Shown here: piece by piece, positions 21,682 through 34,590 of the stretch
Layout of the letters: every line of letters starts with the position of its first letter
How positions within the stretch are numbered: the stretch's first letter is position 1
Assembly: GCF_001194135.2 (NCBI RefSeq)
Contig: NC_068983.1
Coordinates: 51,708,131 to 51,750,100 of the forward strand
DNA: 41,970 bases
Direction: 5' to 3'
Source: Octopus bimaculoides
Lineage: Eukaryota
Program-made: the position numbers and the translations under genes
The notes under the pieces: model-generated
Told to the model about the DNA's origin: nothing
Seen by the model: only the letters and a program-made list of their open reading frames with translations
Database searches by the model: none

Positions 21682-22517
21682 GTGCATATAGACATATACG
21701 TATACATATGTGTGCGTGTGCGTAAGTGCATTTCTGTGTTCGTATGTATGTATGCATGCATATACATATTTATGTCTGTATGAATGTATATTTATATGTA
21801 TCTATGCGTGTATGTATTCCCATCATTTCTAGGACATTATTGGGGTGCACTTCATGCGAAACGAAGATTATTTGTTATGCTCAACATTGTTGCGTGGAGT
21901 TATATTGTTTGTTACAGCAAGTGGTGTCTCTTCCAATATGTCTATCTCTATTGAAGATCAATTTCGAAAAAGTATTGTGACAAATCCTCCTTGTAGAATA
22001 TAGAATATATGTTCTTTGTACATCGCATATACTTTTTACGAAGAGGAAACAATTTCACCAGCTGGACATTTATATTATATCTATGGTATGCTTAAGTTAT
22101 ACAATTTGTTTAATAAGTGACTCCTGTTTTATAAAGAATATTTATTTTATCCTTTAATCCAGGACGACATGAGTACCTATGTGTATGTCAAGAGTAATTA
22201 AGAGATGGAAGATGGATCATTCCAGAATCTATCTCAAATGCTTGCAACACATCAGAATATGCTAAAAACATGTGACCTTCTGAAAATGTGTGATATATTA
22301 AGTCTGACATAAAGTTAGTCTGTGAACAATGGAAGCTAACCAGTATTTAAGGCTCCACACTTCCGATCAACTACTTCCTTAGTTAACTCCATTGTATATG
22401 GAGCTACTCGGTTCTTATTTGATTTCACGCTGAAGCTTATTAAATCATTGTTTTATTTCAAATATACTTTTTATATTTAACATAGCTTAAACATGTAATA
22501 ATAAACTGACGATTATA

Positions 22518-22755
22518 GGGCGGTGAGCTGCCAGAAACGTTAGCACGCCCGGCGAAATGTTTAGCGGTATTTCTTCTGCCGTTACCTACTGAGTTCAAAT
22601 TGCGCAAAAGGTTGGCTTTGCTTCTCATCGTTTCGGGGTCGATTAAATAAGTACCAGTTACGCACTGGGGTGGATGAAATCGACTTAATCCCTGTGTCTG
22701 TCCTTGTTTGTCCCATCCATGTTTAGCTACCTGTGGGCAATAAAGAAATAAATAA
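22518..22755 (+). mobile_element. SINE family C, full length
   Basis: Head GGCGGTGAGCTGCCAGAAACGTTAGCACGCCCGG, B-box-like CTGAGTTCAAATT, central GGGGTCGATTAAATAAGTACCAG, tail AATAAAGAAATAAATAA. Confidence 0.92.
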
Positions 22756-22966
22756 ATTGACGATTATTATTTCCTTACCAGAAGACGCTCACTGTTTTAT
22801 GGCAGCGTGATAAACGTGAGTGCACATCTTGCTTATGTTCCATTTGAATATGTGAGAACGGATTTCAAATGATTGCCTATCGAGCACATCACCCTTCCTA
22901 GAACAATACATAAATACTCATTATATAGAAGAAAACAGTATCAGAAAAAAATAAATTAATTAATAT

Positions 22967-23180
22967 TGGTTTCAAACTTTCACACCAGGCCAGTAATTTC
23001 TAGGGTAGGGGATAAATCGATTACATCAACCCCAGAGTTCATGTGGTGCTTATTTTATCGACCCCGAAAAGAAGAAAGGCAACGTTGACCTCCAACGGAA
23101 TTCAAACTCAGAACTTAAAATCAGAATATATGCTACTGAGCTTGCTTCCTGGCTCAGTTACAATTCTGCCACCTCGCTGC
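22967..23180 (-). mobile_element. SINE family C
   Basis: GGTTTCAAAC...AAATCGATTACATCAACCCCAG...CTTATTTTATCGACCCCGAAA...AACTCAGAAC...TTCTGCCACCTCGCTGCC. Confidence 0.88.
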
Positions 23181-23191
23181 CTTACAATAAA

Positions 23192-23224
23192 TTATTATTA
23201 TTATTATTATCATTATTATTATTA

Positions 23225-23289
<65 letters not shown>
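23192..23289. repeat. (ATT)n microsatellite
   Basis: Directly visible; source of the poly-Y/I/N ORFs. Confidence 0.97.
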
Positions 23290-24590
23290 GAATAGGAAAC
23301 AACGTTGATAACCAGAAAATAAGGTTTTGAATGCACGTAAATTCGGTGACGTAACTGCGAACAGATAAACGGGGCTAAGAGAAACGGAAAGCACTCACGA
23401 AGTGTAACAATAGAAAACTACAATTTATATAAATATACATTTAGATATATTTTGTTGAAATACTGCAATGTCATTTCCTTTAAAAGAAAAAATAGTTGGA
23501 ATTTATTGATACAACTGGCCTCTAATCCTCTAATTAATAACAAAATACACATTTTTTTCTTACTAATTTCTCTTCGCTTCTCAAGATTAATTTTTTCTTC
23601 ATATAAATCACTTAAAATTACTTGAGGTATAAACATTCGTATTAAACCGGTTACATTATTTTCTATCACAATTAAGATGAGAATACACCTTACGGTTACT
23701 AATTAGCGTTAAGATGCTGCACTTGTATATTATGCTATTTTGCTTATAAAATCACGTGTTAACAAGTGCGTATTTGAAGAAGAGAATAACGGTTCAGTAA
23801 ATAGAATAACAATTGTGATAATATGTTCTTCTAATACGATGTTTTACATCATAGACACTCAAATGACATTCTTAAATCGAAGACCGCGAATAGAACGTCA
23901 ACTGGGAAAGGGAGTTTTCCAAAATCCAATTGATCATTATGTGTTTCCCACGCTCATAAAACTTGTAAACGAATGCATTGAACTCGAAGCTAATGTAATA
24001 AATAATCGTTTTTAAACAAATATTCATTCATTTTTATGCTGATAAGTTTACTGATTATAGCCAATCACACGCTGACGTTGTTGAATGCGCCAAATGTATT
24101 CCGATAGATAATTTCTTTTACTTGACAATTTTCATTTTTCACTCATCAAAGAAATAGGTGCTAGTCAAATGAATCCGCTTGAAACAAATACTTTATTCTG
24201 AAAACAGAAGGATTACAAAAAAACAGTTTATAAATACTTTGTTCCTGTTCAAAATAGCTTCAATGAAAATTCGGAAGAAAGGAAACAGTTTCTATTTAGT
24301 GCGCATGTGACCTTGATTTCTGAACCCTAAAAACCAAGGTGATGACCAGATCTGTAAATCATCCTTTTATTTGCTATTTTTCTTTGGTTTCTTACACTTT
24401 CTCCTAAACATCTCTGGCGCCAAAGAACAATTTCGTTCATTCTGTTCGGAAAAGTAATTTTATTTTGAAACAAAATCTCTAATATAAAAGAATAGACAAT
24501 GATAAACATTTCGGAAATAGCCAATAATATATAAACAATTTGAACTGATACCAATATGTTTATTAGATTCAGATAATAAGAATCTTAATG

Positions 24591-24753
24591 AACTTGTTGA
24601 AAGAGTACAGCAGGGTTCGCCACCATTCCCTGTCGGATCCTCGTAGAGCTTTAGGAGTTTTCGCTCAATAAACCCACACAACGGTCTGGGAATCGAAACC
24701 GTGATCCTATGACCGCGAGTCCACTGCCATAACTACTGGGCCATTGCGCCTCC
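24591..24753 (-). mobile_element. SINE family B (tRNA-Arg-like head), 3'-truncated
   Basis: The minus strand reads GGAGGCGCAATGGCCCAGTAGTTATGGCAGTGGACTCGCGGTCATAGGATCACGGTTTCGATTCCC (tRNA-like, TCG at the anticodon-equivalent position). It continues TTGAGCGAAAACTCCTAAAGC...GGTGGCGAACCCTGCTGTACTCTTTCA, shared with 38487. Confidence 0.88.
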
Positions 24754-27569
24754 ACACATACATACATACAAACATACATATACATTCATATGCGGATGTG
24801 TGTGCGTGAATAAACTGTCTTTCGATGGACGGGTGTTCCGTGTATAAGGGTAGGTAATTACACACGTATTGCAATCGATCAACATACGTATATCCTCACA
24901 CTAAATACGTTACATTGTATAGATGATTCAAGCTTAAATATTTGTAACGTTCCTGATTATCTAGGAAAGCAAAATATATTTACTTTTAATCCAACTGTGC
25001 TTGTATTGTTACCATAGCTTAATTTTCATAGAAATTTGGATTAAAACTGGCGTAGGAATGATGGTAATAGTATGTATATTTAATATCATGTACAATTTTT
25101 AAATATCATGGATTCAATTTTGGAATGTATATAATAGCTTTTTCTCTCTAGACCAGACTGTCAATATTAATTATATTAAACGTGTTAACATATTGTATGA
25201 TGTAATGAACAAAACTTTAATACAATCAACAGCGCACATGTTTAACACGAAATCGAATTTGGCATTTTTAAAGATGTAATGCAGACACTTGTTACTGGTG
25301 TTGTTATTCAGCACAGAATGAGCATTCCAATGATGGAAGCCATTCCATCATTATCTATAGCGTCATTTTACCCTGCAATAGGGTATCATAATCTACATCT
25401 TTAAATATATTATTTGTTTGATTGCAGGATGCATTCTAAGAGAAATTCTAGATGCTAATTCTAGCAGCGCGGGTGACGATGTAGTGAGGTTTTCGTTGGT
25501 CCTCGTGCAGGGGTTCAGTGTTTCATATACTGATTTAGTTTATATTGGTTTATTCGATCAGCCCCTATAAACTACATAGTTGTTACATGGAATAGAAGTC
25601 AACAAGCTCTAAGTAGGTATATATTTTTGTTCGTGTCATTTCTTGTATGCATATAAGCAATATAACATGAGTCAGGGAAATTTAGTATTTTCTATCAGGT
25701 AGCATTTTATATAAATCAATTTTATCAACTTGAGAGGAAAGTAATGTGAATTGATTAAATTAATTCGAATTTATCAAAACTGGAGCAAATACATATTGAT
25801 TTCTCTCGGTCTGAAGTTGTGTTGTATTTATCGACTCGGAATAAAATATGTTCATACATTTATTTAAGCTTTGTGTATTTCTGGTTTAATGTTAATATGC
25901 ATCACTGCGAGCATTTACCAGAGTTAGCATTTACCTTTAAGGATAATTGTAATTTTACTTGACGCACACATAGGTATTTTTAAACCATTTGCTCCATGAA
26001 TGTGCAATAGCTTTTTATAATCCACCACCACATAAATGTTTCATGAAATACTAAATGTAATACACACATTTTGTGTTTATCGAGCGAGAATTTTTGTTTT
26101 TTGAATCGGGTTTTTATTTTCAAAATGCTTCATCAAATATGTAGAACAAGTTTACGCAAAAGAACAAATTTAGAAATGCAGGTCTATGAAGCTCTTTCAA
26201 CACGTTCATATCAAATCATTACCATTTTATCGATAATAATTATAGGGCGTATTATTATACAACTTCATACTGCATAATTTCAAGAAAATGCCTCTTTTAG
26301 TCAGCCTTCATACTTCATATTAACAGTTTCCAATAATTGGTATTTAATAATTTTAATTCTTTATTCAATATCGGTGTTGAAATAAACTAATCTGAACAGC
26401 TGTAGGATTTTAATACACTATATCAATTAAGGAAACTTCGGGTTTAATTAAAACTCCTACCACAATTGAAATATATTTGTATTCATTGCTGTGTGATGGA
26501 AAGAATATGTGATTGAATCACTCGTAATATGATTTTATATTCTGTTAAAAATGTCATTGGTGTTATATTTATTTCGCTCGTTCATTATGAATGACAAAAA
26601 TATAGGCAGCTTGTTCATCAAATCTATATTTATTTGCATGCAAGTTATTGACAAATATCTGCTTCTATTACAATTTTAAATTATCGCTAATCTTGTTGAT
26701 AAAATTGAAGATTTTTTCTGAATACAAACACGATTTATTTGTTTGAATTGCAGCATTGAAAAAGGCTTTAAACGTATTTTTCAACTTGTTCAATGTCAAT
26801 ATTTGAATATTCCTCGCAACTACGTTTGCAAACCAGCATATATTCCATGTCATTTGCTACCATTGAGCGAACACTGTTAGAATACACAGCATCTCACAAA
26901 TAATAAAATATCTAATTATTTTCACTTTAAGTTGCATTTCATCGAATAAATTAATCGTTGCATGATTGCAACAATTTTATTGCAATCTTAAATAACCCAC
27001 GCCCACATAGCAGACAGTGATTTCGTTAGGTCATACCCGTCATTTACTCTGCTACGATCGAAGTATACGCGCAGTAGAACATAGGTTGCATAACACTAGA
27101 AGGGAGCAAACTTTTCATCGGCGGACCTGAGGTACCATACTGCGCGGAATGGTGCTGTGTAATGTGTAGTATGTGAATATGTGTTGGGTATTTGCGATGA
27201 AGCAATGAGTAGATACACAGATACACACAGAAAGAATTATATCATAAAAGAAGCTACTGTTGGAACATGGGTATGTATGCAAATATATATTCGAGTGCAG
27301 ATGGGTGTGTGTATACACAAAATGGGTGAAAATGCTCAATAAAATTAAGAGAATTTTTTAATCTTTTAGAAGAATAAAAATAACAAATCGAACACTTGTT
27401 TCTAATCAGTTTCGTCCAGTCCGGACTTATGAAATAAAAGTGAGAAAATAATTGTTGCAGTTGTAACATATATGTTTGAAAGTGTTACTGCACAGGTGGC
27501 AAGTTAAGATTTTTAAACATAAGACTGGCCAAGAAGGACTGCTAGTCAGATACATAGGGATAAACAAAC

Positions 27570-27664
27570 AGATAGACAGGCAGGCAGACACGCAGAGAGT
27601 CAGACAGACAGGCAAACAGACAGACAGACAAATAGACAGACAGACAGACAGACAGACAGATAGA
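27570..27664. repeat. (AGAC)n microsatellite
   Basis: Directly visible, imperfect. Confidence 0.9.
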
Positions 27665-27719
27665 TGATATTCCTACGATCCCAATCCTGCGACGCAAGTT
27701 TGCTGGCAGATAGATGATA

Positions 27720-28400
27720 GAACAACCATATATATTTGCCTAATTCTCTTCCTTAAACATGAGATACGCGTATATGTGTTCTCTATATACATGTCTGAAT
27801 CTCGATGTAAAGCAATTCCTATAAATCTTCACAAGTCTTCTGTGACTGGTGTGAGTGATGGAGAAAGGGATTTGCTATTCAATTGCAAATTATTTCGATT
27901 GGAGCACATCATGTAGCATGCTTCAACTAAGGCTTCATAGCCGAGCATCAAACTGATCGACCTTCCTTCAGCTTTGTCATTATGCAATCACATATACTTC
28001 GAATATATATATAATGTGTAAATGCCTGATATTACATTTGGTAACAAACTGTTTGTGGACAACTTTGTCTTCGTAACCTGCTCCTACTCTGGCGCAAATA
28101 GAATCCATAAACCTTCTTAAGAGCCTAGTTTTTACATTCTCATATTCCTCTTACCAGACAAAACAAAGAGGCATGAACCCGGTTGACTGTTTAACGTTTT
28201 AGTCTAATGTTTGTGACTGAAAATCTATCTTATTAATAGTCACCCATATGTACTTCTATTTTAAAGTGGCTTCCTTCATTTAAAGATCTTAGGATTATTT
28301 GATGTTTTACTGTTGCTACGGGTACTTGATTACACATATCTTTATACTAAGTCTGATGTGGCCAATTGGACATTTGAAAGAAATTTGTAAAATTTATAAT
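27720..28400 (-). mobile_element. Highly decayed RTE-like LINE reverse-transcriptase fragment
   Basis: Frame-switching minus-strand translation gives STR..HQIILRSLNEG..HMGDY..TVNRVHASLFCLVRG, RRFMDSICARVGAG..FVTK and NNLQLNSKS..IGIALHRD. These are collinear with RT domains 2-7; many stops and frameshifts. Confidence 0.45.
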
Positions 28401-28449
28401 TTACTCGGAAAAAAATGTTATGATATCACATTGTTGACCATAATATATT

Positions 28450-29309
28450 GAGTGGTATCCCAATAATCACAAAGACATATTTGTTTTTAGTGTACGGTGA
28501 ATGCAGATAACAATAATATACTTTTTCTCTCAAGTAATTCATCACAAACACCATTCTAAATGGTACTACGGAGAGAACTACATGTCGAAAGTAAACAACA
28601 AAAATGACAACAAACTTTTTAAAAATAAAAGTAATAAGATGTGTCTAAGAAAACACAAGCCATAGCAATACAAAAAAATGTATGAAGGAAAAGGAATATA
28701 GAGAAATTCTAAAGACATGATAAGCTGAATGTAGAGATACTTAAAGATCTAATATCAATAGATCATAGGTCTTGCAAGACAATCAATAGTATCTCGGAAG
28801 TATATACTCAATGAAGCAATGCCAAGAACAAAAATGCGTAAAACTGGTCTACCTCAGAATTAATAAAAACACACATGAACATCAATATCCCAAGGTTAAA
28901 AGAAATAATATAGTGAAACAAGTTTTAATAGCAATTGTTGCTACAATGGAAAATAGGAACATTCAAATCTGCTCACAGAAATATCAAACGATGGAAAAAT
29001 AACAGGGAAATGAAACATAGAAGATGGAAAATAAATAACTGGAGAATAAAACAAATGGCAACTACAATGCAGCATAAAATATAAAATGAAATACAGCGCA
29101 TGAAAAATACGTATCTGAAGCAAAGGGATCTGTAGCAAATCGTAGAGAAGCCGTCGGTAGTGAGAAACAAAAACTAATGGATGGAAATATCAATAACCTC
29201 ACGGCATCCTAAAATTATTTTATGAAGAATTACGTAAAATGGAATTCAAAAATCAATGTCGCATAAACAGTAGACGAAACAGAGAAATGAAGTAAATGCG
29301 AATGAACAC

Positions 29310-29340
<31 letters not shown>

Positions 29341-29900
29341 AATAAATAAAATGTCATTACAGACGAGATTCCTCGGAACAATGAGCGCTGGAGCTTTAGA
29401 AAATTGAGATTCTATAACAGCCATGCATTCCCTCAGACTCTGCAAAAGAGAAACACTGCTATGAACCACTTAAGAATCTGATCATGAATTTCCTGTGTGC
29501 AATATCTAACAATAACTCTTGAGATGGGATAAAAAGCAAGTTAAAAATGGTTTTCAAAAATCCAGAATCAATACAAAAGCGACCGATAATCCTCTTCATA
29601 TCCAAGGGTAAAGAATCGGCAATACATTGAAAGATATACATACACTTATGCTACCTTTGTACATCTAATGAAACTGTAAGTACGAAAATAACGCAGAAAT
29701 TAATACATTCCCGTTAAAGAAGGTTGTTTTCCAGTATAAGGAAGAGGTATTTAACATGCTGACTTAAAATACTGTATAAAGAAGATTTAGGGTTTCAGCA
29801 CGAAGAACATTTGACACAAGAACGATTTTGCAATTCCCCTCATGCGTTTTAATTATGTAAGGAAGCAACAGTCATAAGCAAATGATGCCATAAGGAAATG
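28450..29900 (+). mobile_element. Decayed LINE ORF2 relic (linker and RT N-terminal domains)
   Basis: A-rich plus strand. Collinear motifs ILKLFYEELRK (~29205), ERWSFRKLRFYNS (~29385), NPESIQKRPIILFISKGKE..LCYLCTSNETVSTKITQKLI (~29560-29710) and GFSTK (~29790) match the RT domain 0-2 order (PxxWxxxxIxxIPKKG..YRPIxLL..K..QxGFR). Confidence 0.6.
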
Positions 29901-30139
29901 GGTTATTATTAAACATATACAGACAGATGAGACAACTATGACTAACAATATTTATTTCGTAAGCTTATGAATGAAACCTCTCTGCTCCATGCTAACACAT
30001 TTAGCTAACATGGGAAAAAAATAAAGTGAACCAAATTTTTCGGAGTATAATTAACAACGTTTTGAATATACTAATGCACACATACACATACATACAAATA
30101 TACATAAACTCATACAAACATACAAATATAACCACACAT

Positions 30140-30193
30140 ACATACATACATATATACATGCATACATACATACATACATACANNNNNNNNNNA

Positions 30194-30223
<30 letters not shown>
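30140..30223. repeat. (ACAT)n microsatellite with small gap
   Basis: Directly visible. Confidence 0.95.
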
Positions 30224-30225
<2 letters not shown>

Positions 30226-30518
30226 GACGATGAATATGTATGTATAAATAAATAAATATTAATAGATCAAACTTACACAGCGTGCAAACGAGTTTTATCT
30301 ATCATTTTATATGTATCTATATATTTAAACTTAGATATTCATCGTCTGAACCTCTTCAGTCTTTGCTTTCTCATATTTTTCATGTATACACATATATATT
30401 TTTTGTATATCAAACCCATGCTGTTATATTTAATTTGTTTATCCGCATAAATGCCACTCACCGTCTCTTTCTTCATATATATGTGGTGGGGTGCGTGTTT
30501 GTCTGTGTGTGTCTGTAA

Positions 30519-30530
30519 GAGAGAGAGAGA

Positions 30531-30567
<37 letters not shown>
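30519..30567. repeat. (AG)n microsatellite
   Basis: Directly visible. Confidence 0.96.
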
Positions 30568-30569
<2 letters not shown>

Positions 30570-30571
<2 letters not shown>

Positions 30572-30960
30572 AGGTGGGGAGAACCAACATCGTATTTGAC
30601 GCAGCAGAATTTTATCAGCTACAAAACTACTTCATAAAATCCACAGAAATATATATTTATTAGAAATAATATAAGCTATTCGGCATCGAAGGTCGAAAAA
30701 TAAATGAAGAAATATACATGCTCTGCAAAGGTACAAACGATATATAATACTAGACGAATTGTGTTCACATCCGAATTATAATTTTTAAATTTGAGATCAA
30801 TGCAGAAAATGGTGTAATGGGCACCAATCATCTAGTCACACCAGTTATAGCAGATGACCTTCTGAACTGGATGCTATATGAATTACATAAAACTAGAAAC
30901 AATAGCAGAAGAACAGTTGGACTGAGAATACCAACCAAATAAGAGGATTCAATACATACA
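30570..30960 (+). mobile_element. Probable continuation of the plus-strand LINE relic (RT domains 3-4)
   Basis: FISYKTTS*NPQKYIF, YKLFGIEGRKINEEIYMLCKGT and FEINAENGV...LLNWML loosely follow FIDYxKAFDSV / xYGIPxKI / FExxxGVRQG. Confidence 0.35.
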
Positions 30961-31014
30961 AATACCAAGTGTAAAGAGAAAGTGGTAACTAATACATGTT
31001 CAGCACTATACATA

Positions 31015-31245
31015 TACAAGAGTATACCGGAAAGTTTCCGACTTTAAGGATATCGCCAAAGGCCTGGCTTGAGGTCCAAATTTCTGAGATCATTTACAGG
31101 GTTTAAAAAAACTGATGGACTGCTACAATAATGTGTGAATCTGAGAAGGGAGTATGTCGAATAAAATCATAGTTGACTGATCTTCCGGTATCTTATTTTA
31201 TTTTTTTTTTTACCAAAAGTCAAGAACCTTTCAGCACGCCGTTGG
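31015..31245 (+). mobile_element. Mariner-derived MITE (degraded)
   Basis: TA-initiated end TACAAGAGTATACCGGAAAGTTTCCGACTTT and an approximate inverted end AAGTCAAGAACCTTTCAGCACGCC. The internal LQGLKKLMDCYN..NLRREYVE* resembles a mariner transposase C-terminus. Confidence 0.7.
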
Positions 31246-31522
31246 ACGTGTCCTGTCCAGCCTAAAAGATGCTTGGTCTACTGTGTAAGAGCTGCAGGTT
31301 CCAGCACGAAGAGGAAGACGGGGTAACAAAGTTGTAATATGCTGTAACGCAGCCTTATGTTTGCAAGTCAATATTATCACCATTGTTCCTGTTACTGATG
31401 CAGTTATAGTCTGTAATGATATTAATCTATACTTGATATCGGTCTTTCAAACTTGCTACGAACATAAAATATACGAACCTAAACATAAAAGCACCTAACT
31501 CTGTTACACAATCACACACACA

Positions 31523-31560
<38 letters not shown>

Positions 31561-32096
31561 AACATGCATTAAGCATTAATCGTTGAACAGTCATTCATAA
31601 AGTGTATAATAACACATCAATTCTGCTGACGTTTACATTCTGTTTCCAGCAGTTGCTTAAACATTGTAAACGTATTACTTGGTAATGGCTTATCTCATAT
31701 TTGTGGATGCCATTTAACTTTGCTTAATATTTTCTTTTTTTTTTTTCATTTTTATACTTCATTATTTTGTCTGCCATTTCACTTGAAAGCCAATCAGGTT
31801 TATGAAGTTGTATTTTATTTGGTGTTTAATCGATATCGGAATTCTTGATCACGCTTCATGCAAATAAAAGATTAATATTTGATGGTAGACCTAAGAAATT
31901 AAAGAGTTAAAATTCTACCATGCGGAAAAATGATGAAAATATATATTCGTTATTTTATTTGTATGTATATTTTTTTTTGTTCATTACTGCAGGGCTTCGT
32001 AATCCAGTCCCTTATTATTGCCCCTAATATTTAGGTTCGTTAGAACTTATACATCTTACGTACGTTGTTCGTTATTAAATATAATCTTATCTTATA

Positions 32097-32490
<394 letters not shown>

Positions 32491-32649
32491 TTTTTTTAAG
32501 ATGCCTGTCAATATATCAAATATCTGATATAATGATTTGTGATTCAGTAAGTAAACAAATGGCATGAATGGGTGGAACACTCTTGAAGCGACGGCCCCTA
32601 ATTCGAAACGTTCCCCACAATTATCAAATTACACTGACTATCGAGCAGA

Positions 32650-33420
32650 TGCTACTGTACTATGAAGTAATCAAAGCTCTAAAAATGAGCAGCAAATTAC
32701 AGCTACCAAGTAGTGATGAGTGAGCTTGTTGGAGTATTTCAATGAATCTAAATTGGTCAGAAACTCACCTAAGACACTTCTACAATTCATCTCAAGTTGG
32801 AGGTGATCAAGAATAGATCTACCGAGAATATTCAATAATTGTGCTTTCCAAGCCACTCGGGGAAGCCGCCAGCATCTTTACTAACATCATCGATAAATTG
32901 TAAATCTGTATTCAGGATTTTCGCTGGAAATTTTAAATTTCTCACCACTCCTGCCTAAATTTGCATATTTTTCCTCAAATATATTGAAACTCTACGGTTC
33001 TTCAAGATTTGGAATTCTGAAGAAAATTGCAGTAGATGTCGGCGGGTAGGTTTGTTTGTAGGTCATATTAACCAAATGACGAGGTCTGTACTCCCTATAG
33101 CCACTTATCGAGATCCGTATCTGAATTGCTCCTATTGCTTTTCTTTTTCTTCTTTGCTATGGCCCTCATCGTCCGCCGAAAGCTCCTGGAGACCGTTGGA
33201 CTTGGCAATAAAATCTATTACTGGCACCCGATCAAAATCCACTGCATACATTTGAATAAAACTCTGTTCAAAACCTTGCTTTGAAATTAAGGAAAACAAG
33301 CGGATCCTCATTCAGTAAATGACTTACGCTTCTCCAGAGCCTATAGTACGTTTCTAAGTTCTCACGGCACAAACTTCATATCCTGCACTGAAAACATAAC
33401 TGAGAATCACTTTCACAACA
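32650..33420 (-). mobile_element. Decayed coding-like element, possibly RTE-type LINE linker region
   Basis: The minus strand has long open stretches broken by stops and frameshifts. EEKYANL...RVAWKAQLLNI loosely resembles the ...REAWKxHYxxLLN linker of RTE ORF2. Assignment is weak. Confidence 0.3.
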
Positions 33421-33654
33421 ACCAAGTTCACAGTGATGCTTTTCCTAATTTCATCTTATGTCTTACTTTCTAAATTCTCGTTGGATCTTTTGTCTATCAC
33501 TATTTATTATCTATGTTATTATAGTATACGTTTTCAGAATGATCAGCACATTTGTGGACCACCAACGTTGATAATTGACGCCTACTTCACTCGCTAATCC
33601 AGTCAGGATAGTTTCGCATACTGGGAAAGTTTCGATTCCAGTAGTGAAGATTCT

Positions 33655-33707
33655 CTCTGTCTCTCTGTCTGTCTCCCTCTCTCTCTCTTTCTATATCTCT
33701 CCCCCTA

Positions 33708-33790
<83 letters not shown>
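33655..33790. repeat. (CT)n microsatellite
   Basis: Directly visible. Confidence 0.97.
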
Positions 33791-33793
<3 letters not shown>

Positions 33794-33989
33794 CTCTGTG
33801 AACGGTATGAAGTTAATAAGCATCACCCCTTACATTATGCCTGTTTAATGCTTTAAAAAAATAACCTATCCCGATATCATTATTGACTTTGGCAATTTCG
33901 AGAAATACAGACATATTCCATATCAGCCTCTGTTTGTTTTTTTTTTTTGTTTTTTTTGTTTTTTACTACCAGCGTTAAAGCCATAAACC

Positions 33990-34590
33990 GATTTGGTTTC
34001 CTACGTAATATTTCCATGTTTTCACTTCTTTGCTGAATACTTTTGTAATCTTCCCAATCGAAACACTATACACTTACCTCCCTCTAATGTGGGCAAATAC
34101 AATCATTCTACATTAAATTTCAGGTATGTTGACTTTTCTTTTGATCCAACTCGGTATTGTTATCAGCAATCCGATTAGTGTCTAGTTGAGAATATTATAA
34201 CTTACTGCCATTACTAAGTTAGCTAAACAATTCATGCCTATTTTTTCCCAATATACCTGTTTGGTATTAATTTCAGCACAAACTGCAGTACATACCATCC
34301 TTCCTAAACACTTTCTTTATTTTCAGTGCTTTGTACTCTGCGTAGTTCATTGACTCCTAATTACTGGTAAGTCAGCGTTTGCTCTAATTTTCTTATCTCT
34401 CTTAGTCACTAAGGATGATGCTATTTGTCTCCTAAATTAATTTTCCACTCTTCAATGTTTCCATCGCGTATTTTTTCTAAATCGTTTATTATATTAGTTC
34501 TTTTTCTTAACCCGTGTATATTCTGTAGATTCATTTCCATTTTTTTTTCTTTACCCTATACAGTTACCAACAATATATCGTCCATCCATA
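33990..34590 (-). mobile_element. R4/Dong-clade-like non-LTR retrotransposon RT fragment (domains 5-7 and thumb)
   Basis: One minus-strand frame gives MDDILL...TYQ*LGV...VE*LYLPTLEGGK, collinear with the R4/Dong motifs YMDDIKL / YKYLG / VERLYLPRxEGGRG. Confidence 0.7.

Noticed and set aside
22163-22314. Plus-strand exon after a strong acceptor (GRHEYLCVCQE...)
   Set aside because: Stops in all three frames, no convincing donor and no recognisable family.
22781-22899. Minus-strand exon candidate (TTCTAG ... CTG/GTAAGG)
   Set aside because: All frames contain stops before the donor.
24680-24753. tRNA-Arg gene
   Set aside because: The tRNA-like sequence continues directly into SINE body and its acceptor stem is not closed; it is a SINE head. 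The same applies to the heads at 7374, 8078, 17159 and 22518.
27720-29900. Twin-priming 5'-inverted single LINE insertion
   Set aside because: The plus-strand relic appears to continue into RT domains 3-4 at 30570-30960, overlapping the domains on the minus-strand piece. Two separate insertions fit better.
34327-34366. 40-nt exon with strong splice signals (TTTTCAG ... CTG/GTAAGT)
   Set aside because: Lies antisense within the R4/Dong RT relic; T-rich antisense LINE sequence readily mimics acceptors.
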